Shown in pieces: positions 35,763 to 44,785 of a DNA stretch of 64,000 nt; within the stretch, counting starts at the first letter, position 1; every line of letters begins with the position of its first letter. Below the pieces are notes generated by a model. It made no database searches. It worked only from the letters and a program-made list of their open reading frames with translations, and had not been told where the DNA came from. The translations under genes were made by a program, and so were the position numbers. The stretch is from Escherichia coli (GTDB taxonomy: Bacteria; Pseudomonadota; Gammaproteobacteria; Enterobacterales; Enterobacteriaceae), in assembly GCF_013122565.1 (NCBI RefSeq), contig NZ_CP053258.1; one strand, 5' to 3'.

Positions 35763-37259
35763 ATGCAGGGCACAAAAATTCGACTTTTAGCGGGCGGTTT
35801 GCTGATGATGGCCACTGCTGGCTATGTGCAGGCAGATGCGCTCCAGCCTGATCCAGCATGGCAACAGGGGACGCTTTCCAACGGTTTACAGTGGCAAGTG
35901 CTGACCACCCCCCAGCGTCCCAGCGATCGTGTTGAAATTCGCCTGCTGGTTAATACCGGTTCGCTCGCCGAAAGTACACAACAGAGCGGGTACAGTCACG
36001 CCATCCCTCGTATTGCGCTAACGCAAAGCGGTGGCCTTGACGCAGCACAGGCGCGTTCATTGTGGCAGCAGGGGATCGACCCTAAACGCCCTATGCCGCC
36101 GGTAATTGTCTCTTATGACACCACGCTGTTTAATCTGAGTTTGCCCAATAACCGTAACGACTTGCTGAAAGAAGCGCTCTCTTATCTGGCAAATGCCACT
36201 GGCAAACTGACCATCACACCAGAAACCATCAACCACGCGCTGCAAAGTCAGGACATGGTGGCAACCTGGCCTGCCGATACTAAAGAGGGCTGGTGGCGTT
36301 ATCGTCTGAAAGGATCAACCCTGTTAGGTCACGATCCTGCCGATCCGCTGAAACAACCCGTTGAAGCGGAAAAAATTAAAGATTTCTATCAGAAATGGTA
36401 CACCCCGGATGCAATGACGCTGCTGGTGGTGGGAAACGTTGATGCGCGCTCGGTCGTCGACCAAATCAACAAAACGTTTGGCGAACTGAAAGGCAAACGT
36501 GAAACGCCAGCTCCGGTGCCGACGCTTTCTCCGCTGCGTGCGGAAGCGGTGAGTATTATGACTGACGCGGTGCGTCAGGACCGGTTATCTATCATGTGGG
36601 ATACGCCGTGGCAGCCGATTCGTGAATCAGCCGCACTGCTGCGCTACTGGCGTGCGGACCTGGCCCGTGAGGCGCTGTTCTGGCATGTTCAGCAAGCGTT
36701 AAGCGCCAGTAACAGCAAAGACATCGGTCTTGGATTTGACTGCCGTGTGCTGTATCTGCGTGCGCAGTGTGCCATCAACATCGAATCACCAAACGACAAG
36801 CTGAACAGCAACCTTAATCTGGTGGCGCGTGAACTGGCGAAGGTTCGCGATAAAGGTCTGCCGGAAGAAGAGTTCAATGCGTTAGTGGCGCAAAAGAAAC
36901 TGGAGCTGCAGAAACTGTTTGCCGCCTATGCGCGAGCTGATACCGATATTCTGATGGGCCAGCGGATGCGTTCGTTGCAAAATCAGGTTGTCGATATCGC
37001 GCCGGAGCAATATCAGAAACTGCGCCAGGATTTCCTTAATAGCCTGACGGTAGAGATGTTAAATCAGGATCTGCGTCAGCAGTTGTCGAATGATATGGCA
37101 TTAATACTGCTGCAGCCTAAAGGCGAGCCGGAATTTAACATGAAAGCGTTGCAGGCGGCCTGGGATCAAATCATGGCCCCATCTACCGCCGCTGCGACCA
37201 CCTCTGTCGCCACGGATGACGTACATCCTGAAGTTTCGGATATTCCACCCGCACAGTAA
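35763..37259 (+). CDS. yhjJ: Periplasmic M16-family peptidase-like protein YhjJ
   Basis: 498 aa with signal peptide; matches remembered YhjJ. Confidence 0.88.
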   Translation: MQGTKIRLLAGGLLMMATAGYVQADALQPDPAWQQGTLSNGLQWQVLTTPQRPSDRVEIRLLVNTGSLAESTQQSGYSHAIPRIALTQSGGLDAAQARSLWQQGIDPKRPMPPVIVSYDTTLFNLSLPNNRNDLLKEALSYLANATGKLTITPETINHALQSQDMVATWPADTKEGWWRYRLKGSTLLGHDPADPLKQPVEAEKIKDFYQKWYTPDAMTLLVVGNVDARSVVDQINKTFGELKGKRETPAPVPTLSPLRAEAVSIMTDAVRQDRLSIMWDTPWQPIRESAALLRYWRADLAREALFWHVQQALSASNSKDIGLGFDCRVLYLRAQCAINIESPNDKLNSNLNLVARELAKVRDKGLPEEEFNALVAQKKLELQKLFAAYARADTDILMGQRMRSLQNQVVDIAPEQYQKLRQDFLNSLTVEMLNQDLRQQLSNDMALILLQPKGEPEFNMKALQAAWDQIMAPSTAAATTSVATDDVHPEVSDIPPAQ

Positions 37260-37264
37260 TAAAT

Positions 37265-37296
37265 AACCCGGCAGCGTTTCTTCTGCGCTGCCGGGA
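37265..37296 (+). terminator. Hairpin downstream of yhjJ (possible terminator)
   Basis: Stem cccggcagcg / cgctgccggg right after yhjJ stop; weak U-tract. Confidence 0.5.
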
Positions 37297-37457
37297 TTAA
37301 CGGTAATGAATAAGTTGCCGTGATATACCCGCAGAGATTTTTCCAGGCACGGCGGTAGCGTGCAGATAACCATTCATTATTAGAATAAACTTACGGCTGT
37401 GTGAGTTTAATTATTTATTGGCTGAATAAATTGCCAGGAAATAGATGGTGTTAAATA

Positions 37458-37718
37458 ATGGCCTATCATATAGAAATATGGGAAATTGAAGAAACTGATA
37501 AAGTAGTAAAATATGAATTTGGACCTATATCTTCTGACTATTGTAGATCTGATTACGGCGAGTTCGTGATAGATAAAAGAACGGGGGAGATGACATTAGT
37601 CAGACTGGTTAAAAACGATTCGGCTAATAAATTTTATTTGCGAGCGAGTTTTAAGATTCTGACCTGTTGGCGAAAGGGCTATTTGCCAAAAACAAGGAAT
37701 GAGCTTCTTAATAAGTAA
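37458..37718 (+). CDS. Hypothetical small protein (island ORF 1)
   Basis: 86-aa ORF in AT-rich DNA, first of five co-oriented small ORFs; weak SD; no recognised family. Confidence 0.4.
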   Translation: MAYHIEIWEIEETDKVVKYEFGPISSDYCRSDYGEFVIDKRTGEMTLVRLVKNDSANKFYLRASFKILTCWRKGYLPKTRNELLNK

Positions 37719-37731
37719 CTTTGCATAATAA

Positions 37732-38028
37732 GTGAATTTTCCCATTTTTGGGGGGCAGTCGTTGATTCTTACACAGTTTATGTTATGGGTGCAGAAAAAC
37801 ACTGGGCATAATATTAAAAGCAATGCCAATACCTTATCAACCAGCATAGTTATTGATTTTGATAATGATATCCATATTGCCAGATTTACAGGTTGGGATG
37901 ATTTAAGTTGTATGTCAGAAGTTATATGCGTTGAATCGGGTGATTATAAATTAAATCAGCGAAATGAATTCCATACTTATGATTCGCTAAGGATAATATT
38001 TGATGCTTTAATAGAAAGCATACAGTAA
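37732..38028 (+). CDS. Hypothetical small protein (island ORF 2)
   Basis: 98-aa ORF starting 13 nt after ORF 1 stop (GTG in track; internal ATG possible); no recognised family. Confidence 0.35.
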   Translation: MNFPIFGGQSLILTQFMLWVQKNTGHNIKSNANTLSTSIVIDFDNDIHIARFTGWDDLSCMSEVICVESGDYKLNQRNEFHTYDSLRIIFDALIESIQ

Positions 38029-38088
38029 CTTTTTTCTTAGTAAGAAAATAATATACACGAGTATATCTAATTAAATTTAGGATAGGCT

Positions 38089-38568
38089 ATGGATTTTCAC
38101 CTGGATATTTTGCTCCCTACACGTTTCGCTCCAGAGGAACTAGATCTACAAGAGGTTATGGTTCACTGGGGTGGGGAAACCTTTCATCGCGACCCTCCTG
38201 TATACGCCTGGTGTAATCATTATCTCTTGCAGAGATGTAATATACCGATTACTTATGGCCAACCTTTAGATGAGCACATAGACTTTAATGAATACCATAT
38301 TTACAACTTCAATGGTTCTATAGTCGATGAGCTGGAAATGGCTGTGAATAAAGGAAAGGATATTTCAACCGATCCTATAATTAAAATTATTAACAACCTG
38401 ATTAGCAAAAAGTACAGGGGGTGGTTAATCTTGTCATTAGATGATGAAAAAATAGAAGTAATTAAAAATATAAGTTCCCAGTGTTCTTTTCAATCGTTAT
38501 TAGTTGATGGACTAAAATGGGAAAGACCACATGGGGTGGCAATATTATATAATTCACACTTAATTTAA
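38089..38568 (+). CDS. Hypothetical protein (island ORF 3)
   Basis: 159-aa ORF with SD-like aggatagg before ATG; no signal peptide; no recognised family. Confidence 0.5.
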   Translation: MDFHLDILLPTRFAPEELDLQEVMVHWGGETFHRDPPVYAWCNHYLLQRCNIPITYGQPLDEHIDFNEYHIYNFNGSIVDELEMAVNKGKDISTDPIIKIINNLISKKYRGWLILSLDDEKIEVIKNISSQCSFQSLLVDGLKWERPHGVAILYNSHLI

Positions 38569-38585
38569 TTAATGAAAGGAAACAT

Positions 38586-38888
38586 ATGTATCGTGCAAAG
38601 GTTGTTTGGCTTACAGATAAAGAAGGTGGTAGAAGGAGCGCTCCTCCCATCGGTAGATACTATCCCGTCTCCAGATTTCCAGAGGAGCAAACTGACTGGC
38701 AAAATAATGCATGGAGTGTTGTTTTTGAATTGGAAAAACCTAATGTAACCGATGGACGTATCGTTTCAATGGGGGGCGTTCAGTTCCTTTTCGATACTGC
38801 CCCTGCACAATGGATGACTAAGTACGAGGCATTTGAAATCTACGAAGGACCAAGAAAAGTCGCAGATGTATTCTTGATAGAAAATTAA
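38586..38888 (+). CDS. Hypothetical small protein (island ORF 4)
   Basis: 100-aa ORF with good SD (aaaggaaacatATG) 17 nt after ORF 3; less AT-rich than neighbours; no recognised family. Confidence 0.55.
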   Translation: MYRAKVVWLTDKEGGRRSAPPIGRYYPVSRFPEEQTDWQNNAWSVVFELEKPNVTDGRIVSMGGVQFLFDTAPAQWMTKYEAFEIYEGPRKVADVFLIEN

Positions 38889-38948
38889 TTTTATTTATGT
38901 CAGTCAATTTAAGCATATTTGCGACTCAACGCATGTTCAGGAGTGTAA

Positions 38949-39482
38949 ATGCGCTACAAAAAAGTCATGCTATTATTGCTAACAGTCATTCTTTGCTTAA
39001 CCGGTCTTTATTCCTGCAACAAAAATTTTCTCTTACTCTGGGATGCCAATAATATTTATGTCAGTACAAAAAATAATATCGATAAAGACAAGGTGAAAAT
39101 AGAATTCGGCATCAGCGTCAACACGATCAACCGAGAAACGGATGCCGAATTATTTGCTGACAGAGATAAGTATACCGTGCTCTTCGATGGTAGCCTGAAA
39201 AGCAAGATGATAAACGAGTACGGCGAAAATGATTTTTTAATTACCTACGATGACCGCTGCTATTTATCATTTCGTCAATTTAAAACCAATCGTCGTCATC
39301 AACATGACTATTATTTTTACTTCTTTAACAAGGATGGGAATGTCTTCGTCACGGTCGAAATTAAAGGTGAGAACCCGCTTAAATTTACACGTAGTTTAAA
39401 TGATATGCGTCAGCAGTTTTCACCATTCCGTAAGGGTAGCACTTCTCACTCCTGCAAGGTTATTTCTTCAGATCCTTCTTAA
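38949..39482 (+). CDS. Hypothetical exported protein / possible lipoprotein (island ORF 5)
   Basis: 177-aa ORF with SD aggag before ATG; N-terminal signal-like segment MRYKKVMLLLLTVILCLTGLYSC; 3-prime end overlaps the convergent lipoprotein gene. Confidence 0.5.
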   Translation: MRYKKVMLLLLTVILCLTGLYSCNKNFLLLWDANNIYVSTKNNIDKDKVKIEFGISVNTINRETDAELFADRDKYTVLFDGSLKSKMINEYGENDFLITYDDRCYLSFRQFKTNRRHQHDYYFYFFNKDGNVFVTVEIKGENPLKFTRSLNDMRQQFSPFRKGSTSHSCKVISSDPS

Positions 39483-41502
39483 ACACTGGTTCTGGACAAT
39501 CACGACCAAAATGCGCAGCCCAGTCAAAAAATTTACCGTTTTTCACGTAGCGTTGATAAATTAATGCACCGGTTTCTGGATCAAGATATCTGACCCAACT
39601 TGCAGCATGGCATAAGACGGCAGCCCATGCTTGGGTTTTAGGGTGAAGTAAATAGGCAGATTGTTCGGCCCATTCCGCAGCCTGCCAGCGGTAATGCAAA
39701 AAGTGATCATCAGCGGTGGGGATCGCGTGGCGAATACGTTTATTTTCTTTACGACTTATCCATTGATCGTTATTGCTGTATTCAAAGGGGGACGAATATT
39801 GCCCGCTGGTAATGGCATAATCGGGATACATTTCATAAGCCACTAATTCGATACCACTGAAACGCAAAAGCCGCGCAGCTTCGTATTGTGCCTGGGCGCG
39901 TTGCTTATCAGGGATGTTTTTATTTTTCGCTATCGCCATTAAATCAGCCAGTTTTTGTGCGGCCTGGCGATAATTGGGAATATCAAACCAATTGATGGCC
40001 TGCTGATATTGACCATGACGTATTAATCGTCTCCCTAATAGCGCACGTAATTTAACATCCGTTGGAATGATATCTGGCGAAATATAATAACCGTAATTGC
40101 TATTGTTTAAATCTACAGGTTTTAAAGGGTGCTGAGGTGCCGGTACGTTGTTTTCAACAAACGCCTGTAACTCCGGCAAGGTCAAAACGTTTTCTGCAAC
40201 CCAGGCTAAATCGGCCCAATAGAGATCTTTCGCCTGGTAAAACAATGCAGCCGCCTGAAGATAATCATCGCGTTTTAATGCTAAAATCGCCTGCTCACTG
40301 GCAATACGGCAAGATGGGATAGTAACTTTATCTCCATGATAATAAGGGCTTTCCTGGTCCATACTTCCCCACATTTCATCGGTCGGGAACAGCGGGACTG
40401 CGCGAGCATAGTGACGCGTTGCCAGTGGAATATCTCCGGCTCGTAATGCCATTTTTGCTTTTAACCATTCGCTTAATCCACTTTCTGGCGCATCCTCCAA
40501 CAGCGTTTGTGCTAACGAATAATTTCCTGCCCGATACGCCAGTGCTGCCAGTCGATCGCTATAACTAAATCCTTTAACTCTGTGTTGACTTAGCAACTTA
40601 ATTAAACGGTCGCGATGCGTTGGACAGGTATAATCTACAAGGTCTTCAGTACAGGCTTCGCTAACATACCCCCAGTCATGACGAATAAAGAGCTCTGCGA
40701 TTACCAGTTGCTGAACCAGTGGATCATCAATAACCGATTCCAGCAGTGGTAAATTTTTCTCCCTGGTTAGATATAGCGAAATCATTCGTAACGAAGCTTT
40801 CCCGGAGGGCGAACCCTGGGCCGCTTGCCGGGCATAAATTTTTACTGCCGCAGCGACATCACCTTTTTTCAGATAATAATGCCCAATCTGACCGAGACTG
40901 GCGAGAGAGAGCTGCTCAGGATCGGCTGCGCCATTACGGACCTCTTCAATGATTTGCTGATAACGTTGTATGGCCTGCTCAGCAATTTCCTGATTAAAGC
41001 CGCCTTTATTGATTATAAGATCGAGATTGTCGTCAGTGGCATCAAATCCCCCTCTTGCCAGACTATATAGCGCAGCAAGACGCCATTCCCCTTGCTCTGT
41101 TTTCGGTAAGGCTAATAATTGCTGAAAGTAAGGGCTATCGTATTTTCCCTGATGAAAATCCTTAGCTCCTGAATAATAAAGCCACTGCGCATCAGATAAT
41201 GGTTTCTGCAATTTTTGCGCGATTTCCAGTGACCTATTTTGCACAGGAGACTCAGCATCATCATCTGTATTTTCCTGCGTTGCCTCCGCGGGCGTATTTT
41301 CATGCCATATTGGTAAACCAGGATCGCGTTTAGCCAACTGTTGTACTTCAAAGACAAAACTGCCATTTGGCATTTCCAGCAGTGCGCTATTGCGGTCAGT
41401 TAACAGATGGTTAGGAATAAATGGTCCACAGGCATTAACATTGGCGCTAATTAGTGAGAGAAATACAATAACGGAAATCCGCGATCTATTAGGGGATAAC
41501 AT
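39460..41502 (-). CDS. Hypothetical ~680 aa putative lipoprotein with helical-repeat (TPR-like) character
   Basis: Long intact ORF; likely start is ATG at 41502 preceded by strong SD aaggagag, giving signal peptide MLSPNRSRISVIVFLSLISANVNA-C; ORF-track GTG start at 41565 is an alternative; overlaps upstream gene stop; not present at this locus in K-12 as I remember it. Confidence 0.7.
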   Translation of the reverse strand: MLSPNRSRISVIVFLSLISANVNACGPFIPNHLLTDRNSALLEMPNGSFVFEVQQLAKRDPGLPIWHENTPAEATQENTDDDAESPVQNRSLEIAQKLQKPLSDAQWLYYSGAKDFHQGKYDSPYFQQLLALPKTEQGEWRLAALYSLARGGFDATDDNLDLIINKGGFNQEIAEQAIQRYQQIIEEVRNGAADPEQLSLASLGQIGHYYLKKGDVAAAVKIYARQAAQGSPSGKASLRMISLYLTREKNLPLLESVIDDPLVQQLVIAELFIRHDWGYVSEACTEDLVDYTCPTHRDRLIKLLSQHRVKGFSYSDRLAALAYRAGNYSLAQTLLEDAPESGLSEWLKAKMALRAGDIPLATRHYARAVPLFPTDEMWGSMDQESPYYHGDKVTIPSCRIASEQAILALKRDDYLQAAALFYQAKDLYWADLAWVAENVLTLPELQAFVENNVPAPQHPLKPVDLNNSNYGYYISPDIIPTDVKLRALLGRRLIRHGQYQQAINWFDIPNYRQAAQKLADLMAIAKNKNIPDKQRAQAQYEAARLLRFSGIELVAYEMYPDYAITSGQYSSPFEYSNNDQWISRKENKRIRHAIPTADDHFLHYRWQAAEWAEQSAYLLHPKTQAWAAVLCHAASWVRYLDPETGALIYQRYVKNGKFFDWAAHFGRDCPEPVFKKDLKK

Positions 41503-42694
41503 TGAACTCTCCTTGTATTTTTTTATTGCAGCGCGCCCATCCCAGCGGACTGCTTTCTCCGGCACGCAGCTGCCTGTCGCTTATCCTTACAAAATGCAGG
41601 CTGGATGAGCCAGGTTGCACCTGATAGTGGCTTACTCCATCAGCGAATAGACAATCTGCATTGGGCAGAATTATTTGTTTTGGCAACGGCGCATCAATTA
41701 CGCCGCTGTTTTTAAAGGCCAGATCAAAAAGTTGCTTGTCTGTATGTTGAGTAATTATTAACGACCAGCGCGGAGTCAGCGGTTGATGTCGAATCACGGC
41801 TTCCAGTGTTGTCAGTGACCAGGCGCGGCGATCGCCTGCTAACGGTAGCCGAAACCATACCAACCCCTGTAATCCACGCGGTGGTTGCTGTTCTATATAT
41901 TGAATAAACTCGGCAATCGTTTGTGGAGATACACTTAGTTCTTGCATTTCATCAGCAACGTATAGCGGGGATTCGCTTTCGACACGATTATCACTGGTGA
42001 GTGCGGAGCCATAAGCGGGCAATGCGATGAAAAAAGGGTGCGTGGTTTGCCTGGCATATTGCTTTACCCAACGCTGCGCCAGACTGACATCTAACAGGCC
42101 TTTTTCGGGCGACAGCACGTTATGTACCTGGAAAACCGAAGTGTCCGCAATCCGCAATAATCGAGCGAGATGTGGTGATTCAAGCCAGGTGGGCAGGGCG
42201 GTAACGCTGAGTTTTAGATTTGTGGGAAGTGCCTGATGTAACGCACTAAGTAGGGTCTGATATTCCGGCAATTTTGCTGTTGGCGCGTCATAATCAATTT
42301 CCACCCCTGCCAGTGTAATACCTGCGTTTTGCCACTCACGTTGGGTTTGTTGAATATGCTGTATTATTTGCTGGTTATTAAGCCCTGTTAGCTGACCATC
42401 GAGTCGCGCGACCAGCCAGACCGGGCGACCATCCTGCTTAATAAGCGAAGTATTCACCGCAAAATGTCGGATGCCTTCCTGTAGATGAAATTGCATCCCG
42501 AGTATGCGCAGTGTAGAAAAAAGTGAACGGCTTTGTTTTAGAGCGCTGGTATGTTCTGCTGTCCATACACGTTGCCAGATATAGGCTTGCTGATCAAAGC
42601 GAAGCGGCTGTGAGGGGGTAAATAAATTATGCAGCCCATAACCCAGGCAGATCAGAAGAAGTGAAGCTGCAATAATCCTTTTGCAAGATGGCAT
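41489..42694 (-). CDS. Hypothetical secreted protein (~400 aa)
   Basis: 401-aa ORF with N-terminal signal peptide MPSCKRIIAASLLLICLGYGL; lies just downstream of the kdgK terminator on the same strand; stop overlaps next gene start. Confidence 0.7.
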   Translation of the reverse strand: MPSCKRIIAASLLLICLGYGLHNLFTPSQPLRFDQQAYIWQRVWTAEHTSALKQSRSLFSTLRILGMQFHLQEGIRHFAVNTSLIKQDGRPVWLVARLDGQLTGLNNQQIIQHIQQTQREWQNAGITLAGVEIDYDAPTAKLPEYQTLLSALHQALPTNLKLSVTALPTWLESPHLARLLRIADTSVFQVHNVLSPEKGLLDVSLAQRWVKQYARQTTHPFFIALPAYGSALTSDNRVESESPLYVADEMQELSVSPQTIAEFIQYIEQQPPRGLQGLVWFRLPLAGDRRAWSLTTLEAVIRHQPLTPRWSLIITQHTDKQLFDLAFKNSGVIDAPLPKQIILPNADCLFADGVSHYQVQPGSSSLHFVRISDRQLRAGESSPLGWARCNKKIQGEFNVIP

Positions 42695-42747
42695 ATTGTC
42701 ACGGCATAACGATCATCAACAGGGCGGTAGTGTACTGCCGAAACTAT

Positions 42748-42776
42748 TAACGGAGAACGAATATCTACCCGTTCTC
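42748..42776 (-). terminator. Hairpin terminator after kdgK
   Basis: Stem cggagaacg / cgttctccg immediately downstream of kdgK stop on the minus strand. Confidence 0.55.
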
Positions 42777-42788
42777 CGTCAAAAACCA

Positions 42789-43718
42789 TTATGCAGGCAT
42801 TGCTTCACGCGGGATAATCGCGCCGCGATACTGAATAACGGTACTTGCGGTCAGGTGCCCGCGTTTCGCCGCGTCTTCCGCACTGCCGCCCGTCAAACGT
42901 ACCGCCAGATAACCGGCACTGAAAGAGTCGCCAGCTGCGGTGGTATCGATCACTTTTTCTTTCGGCAGTTTCACCGCTGGAACATCCACTAACCCTTCGC
43001 CAGCAATAGACACCAGGCAAGAATCCGCCCCGCGTTTCACCACCACTTCTTTCACGCCCGCGTTATGGGTGCGCGCAATGACGTCTTCCACCGGCTGTTG
43101 ACCCCACAGCGCGTCTTCATCGTCCAGCGTCAGGAAGGCGATATCCGTGCATTCCAGCATTTGTTGGTACACCTGCTGTGTCTCTTCTTTGCTGGCCCAC
43201 AGGCGCGGACGATAGTTATTGTCGAAAATCACTTTTCCGCCGTTGGCGCGGCATTCGCGCAGCAGGGAAAGCAGCTTTTCGCGGCTGGTCGGGCTTAAGA
43301 TCGCCAGGCTAATCCCGCTCAGGTAGAGATAATCGAAATTCGCCAGCTCTGCACAAATCGCCGCAGACTGCTCGCTCTCCAGCCAGAATTTGGCAGCGGC
43401 TTCGTTACGCCAGTAGTAGAACGTACGTTCGCCGGTGCTGTCGGTTTCAATGTAGTAAAGGCCCGGCAGACGGTTTTCCATCCGTTGGGTCAGGGAAGTA
43501 TCAACGTTCTCGCCGTGCCAGGCGTCCAGCATCTGCTGGCTAAAACTGTCCGTTCCCAGCGCCGTTACGTAATGAACGGTTAATGCCGCAGGATCGACCT
43601 GACGGGCGATATAGACGGAAGTGTTCAGGGTATCGCCGCCGAAACCGCGCTTAACGTCCGCGCCTTTCTCGGAAAGCTCAATCATGCATTCGCCAATCAC
43701 GGCAATCTTTTTGGACAT
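42789..43718 (-). CDS. kdgK: 2-dehydro-3-deoxygluconokinase
   Basis: 309 aa from ATG at 43718 (MSKKIAVIGECMIEL...); PfkB-family sugar kinase; ORF-track start 43802 is an extension. Confidence 0.92.
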   Translation of the reverse strand: MSKKIAVIGECMIELSEKGADVKRGFGGDTLNTSVYIARQVDPAALTVHYVTALGTDSFSQQMLDAWHGENVDTSLTQRMENRLPGLYYIETDSTGERTFYYWRNEAAAKFWLESEQSAAICAELANFDYLYLSGISLAILSPTSREKLLSLLRECRANGGKVIFDNNYRPRLWASKEETQQVYQQMLECTDIAFLTLDDEDALWGQQPVEDVIARTHNAGVKEVVVKRGADSCLVSIAGEGLVDVPAVKLPKEKVIDTTAAGDSFSAGYLAVRLTGGSAEDAAKRGHLTASTVIQYRGAIIPREAMPA

Positions 43719-43948
43719 AGTCGTGAACCTGATCTGTAAAAAATTAGCGTTAGTTTGCGCTGTGGTGGTTTGCTGGTCAACCATATTAAAACAGTGTTCC
43801 ATTATTTTTTTGAGCCAGAACGTATTCCTGAAAGATTCCGTTGTAGAGGGGGAAATTTACCCCGGCCAGGCGGTAAAGTTCTGCCCTTGCGCGCCGATAA
43901 TCTTTGTCGAGTCCGGGCAGCATCACTTTTAAACACAGGACATCTTTG

Positions 43949-44716
43949 ATGATAAGGCAGGTTATCCAGCGAATAAGCAACCCTGAAGCAAGCATCGAGA
44001 GCTTGCAGGAACGGCGTTTTTGGTTGCAGTGTGAGCGTGCTTACACCTGGCAGCCGATCTATCAAACATGCGGACGGTTAATGGCCGTGGAGCTATTAAC
44101 GGTGGTCACGCATCCCTTGACCCCTTCGCAACGCCTGTCGCCGGATCGCTATTTTACTGAAATCACCGTCAGCCATCGGATGGAGGTTGTGAAAGAGCAG
44201 ATTGATTTGCTGGCGCAAAAAGCCGACTTCTTTATAGAACACGGCCTGCTGGCATCGGTCAATATTGATGGCCCTACGCTCATCGCTCTGCGTCAGCAAC
44301 CAAAAATCCTGCGCCAGATTGAGCGTCTTCCCTGGCTGCGTTTCGAACTGGTGGAACACATCCGTCTGCCGAAAGATTCAACCTTTGCCTCGATGTGTGA
44401 ATTTGGCCCGCTGTGGCTGGATGATTTTGGTACCGGGATGGCAAATTTCTCTGCGCTAAGTGAAGTGCGTTATGACTACATCAAAATCGCGCGAGAACTG
44501 TTTGTGATGCTGCGTCAGTCGCCGGAAGGCCGCACACTCTTTTCTCAGCTTTTACATCTAATGAATCGCTATTGTCGCGGGGTGATTGTCGAGGGCGTAG
44601 AAACACCGGAAGAGTGGCGTGATGTTCAGAACTCGCCCGCATTCGCCGCACAAGGCTGGTTTCTTTCACGCCCGGCACCGATAGAAACGCTGAATACGGC
44701 GGTTCTGGCGCTATAA
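43949..44716 (+). CDS. pdeH: c-di-GMP phosphodiesterase PdeH (EAL domain)
   Basis: 255 aa from ATG at 43949 with agga SD; EAL-domain motifs (ELLTVVTHP, DDFGTG); matches remembered YhjH. Confidence 0.9.
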   Translation: MIRQVIQRISNPEASIESLQERRFWLQCERAYTWQPIYQTCGRLMAVELLTVVTHPLTPSQRLSPDRYFTEITVSHRMEVVKEQIDLLAQKADFFIEHGLLASVNIDGPTLIALRQQPKILRQIERLPWLRFELVEHIRLPKDSTFASMCEFGPLWLDDFGTGMANFSALSEVRYDYIKIARELFVMLRQSPEGRTLFSQLLHLMNRYCRGVIVEGVETPEEWRDVQNSPAFAAQGWFLSRPAPIETLNTAVLAL

Positions 44717-44785
44717 GCTGCCTCATTTTCCGCCTGGCTGGACTATCTTTAGGACTGGCACAGGAAGAATATGAGGAAGCGAACG

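Noticed and set aside
41489-41530. Possible frameshift or phase-variable homopolymer (A/T run) at the junction of the two island minus-strand genes
   Set aside because: My hand count of the T-run disagreed by one nucleotide with the frame implied by the ORF track, but the track reads both genes through cleanly. I attribute the discrepancy to my counting and do not claim a frameshift.
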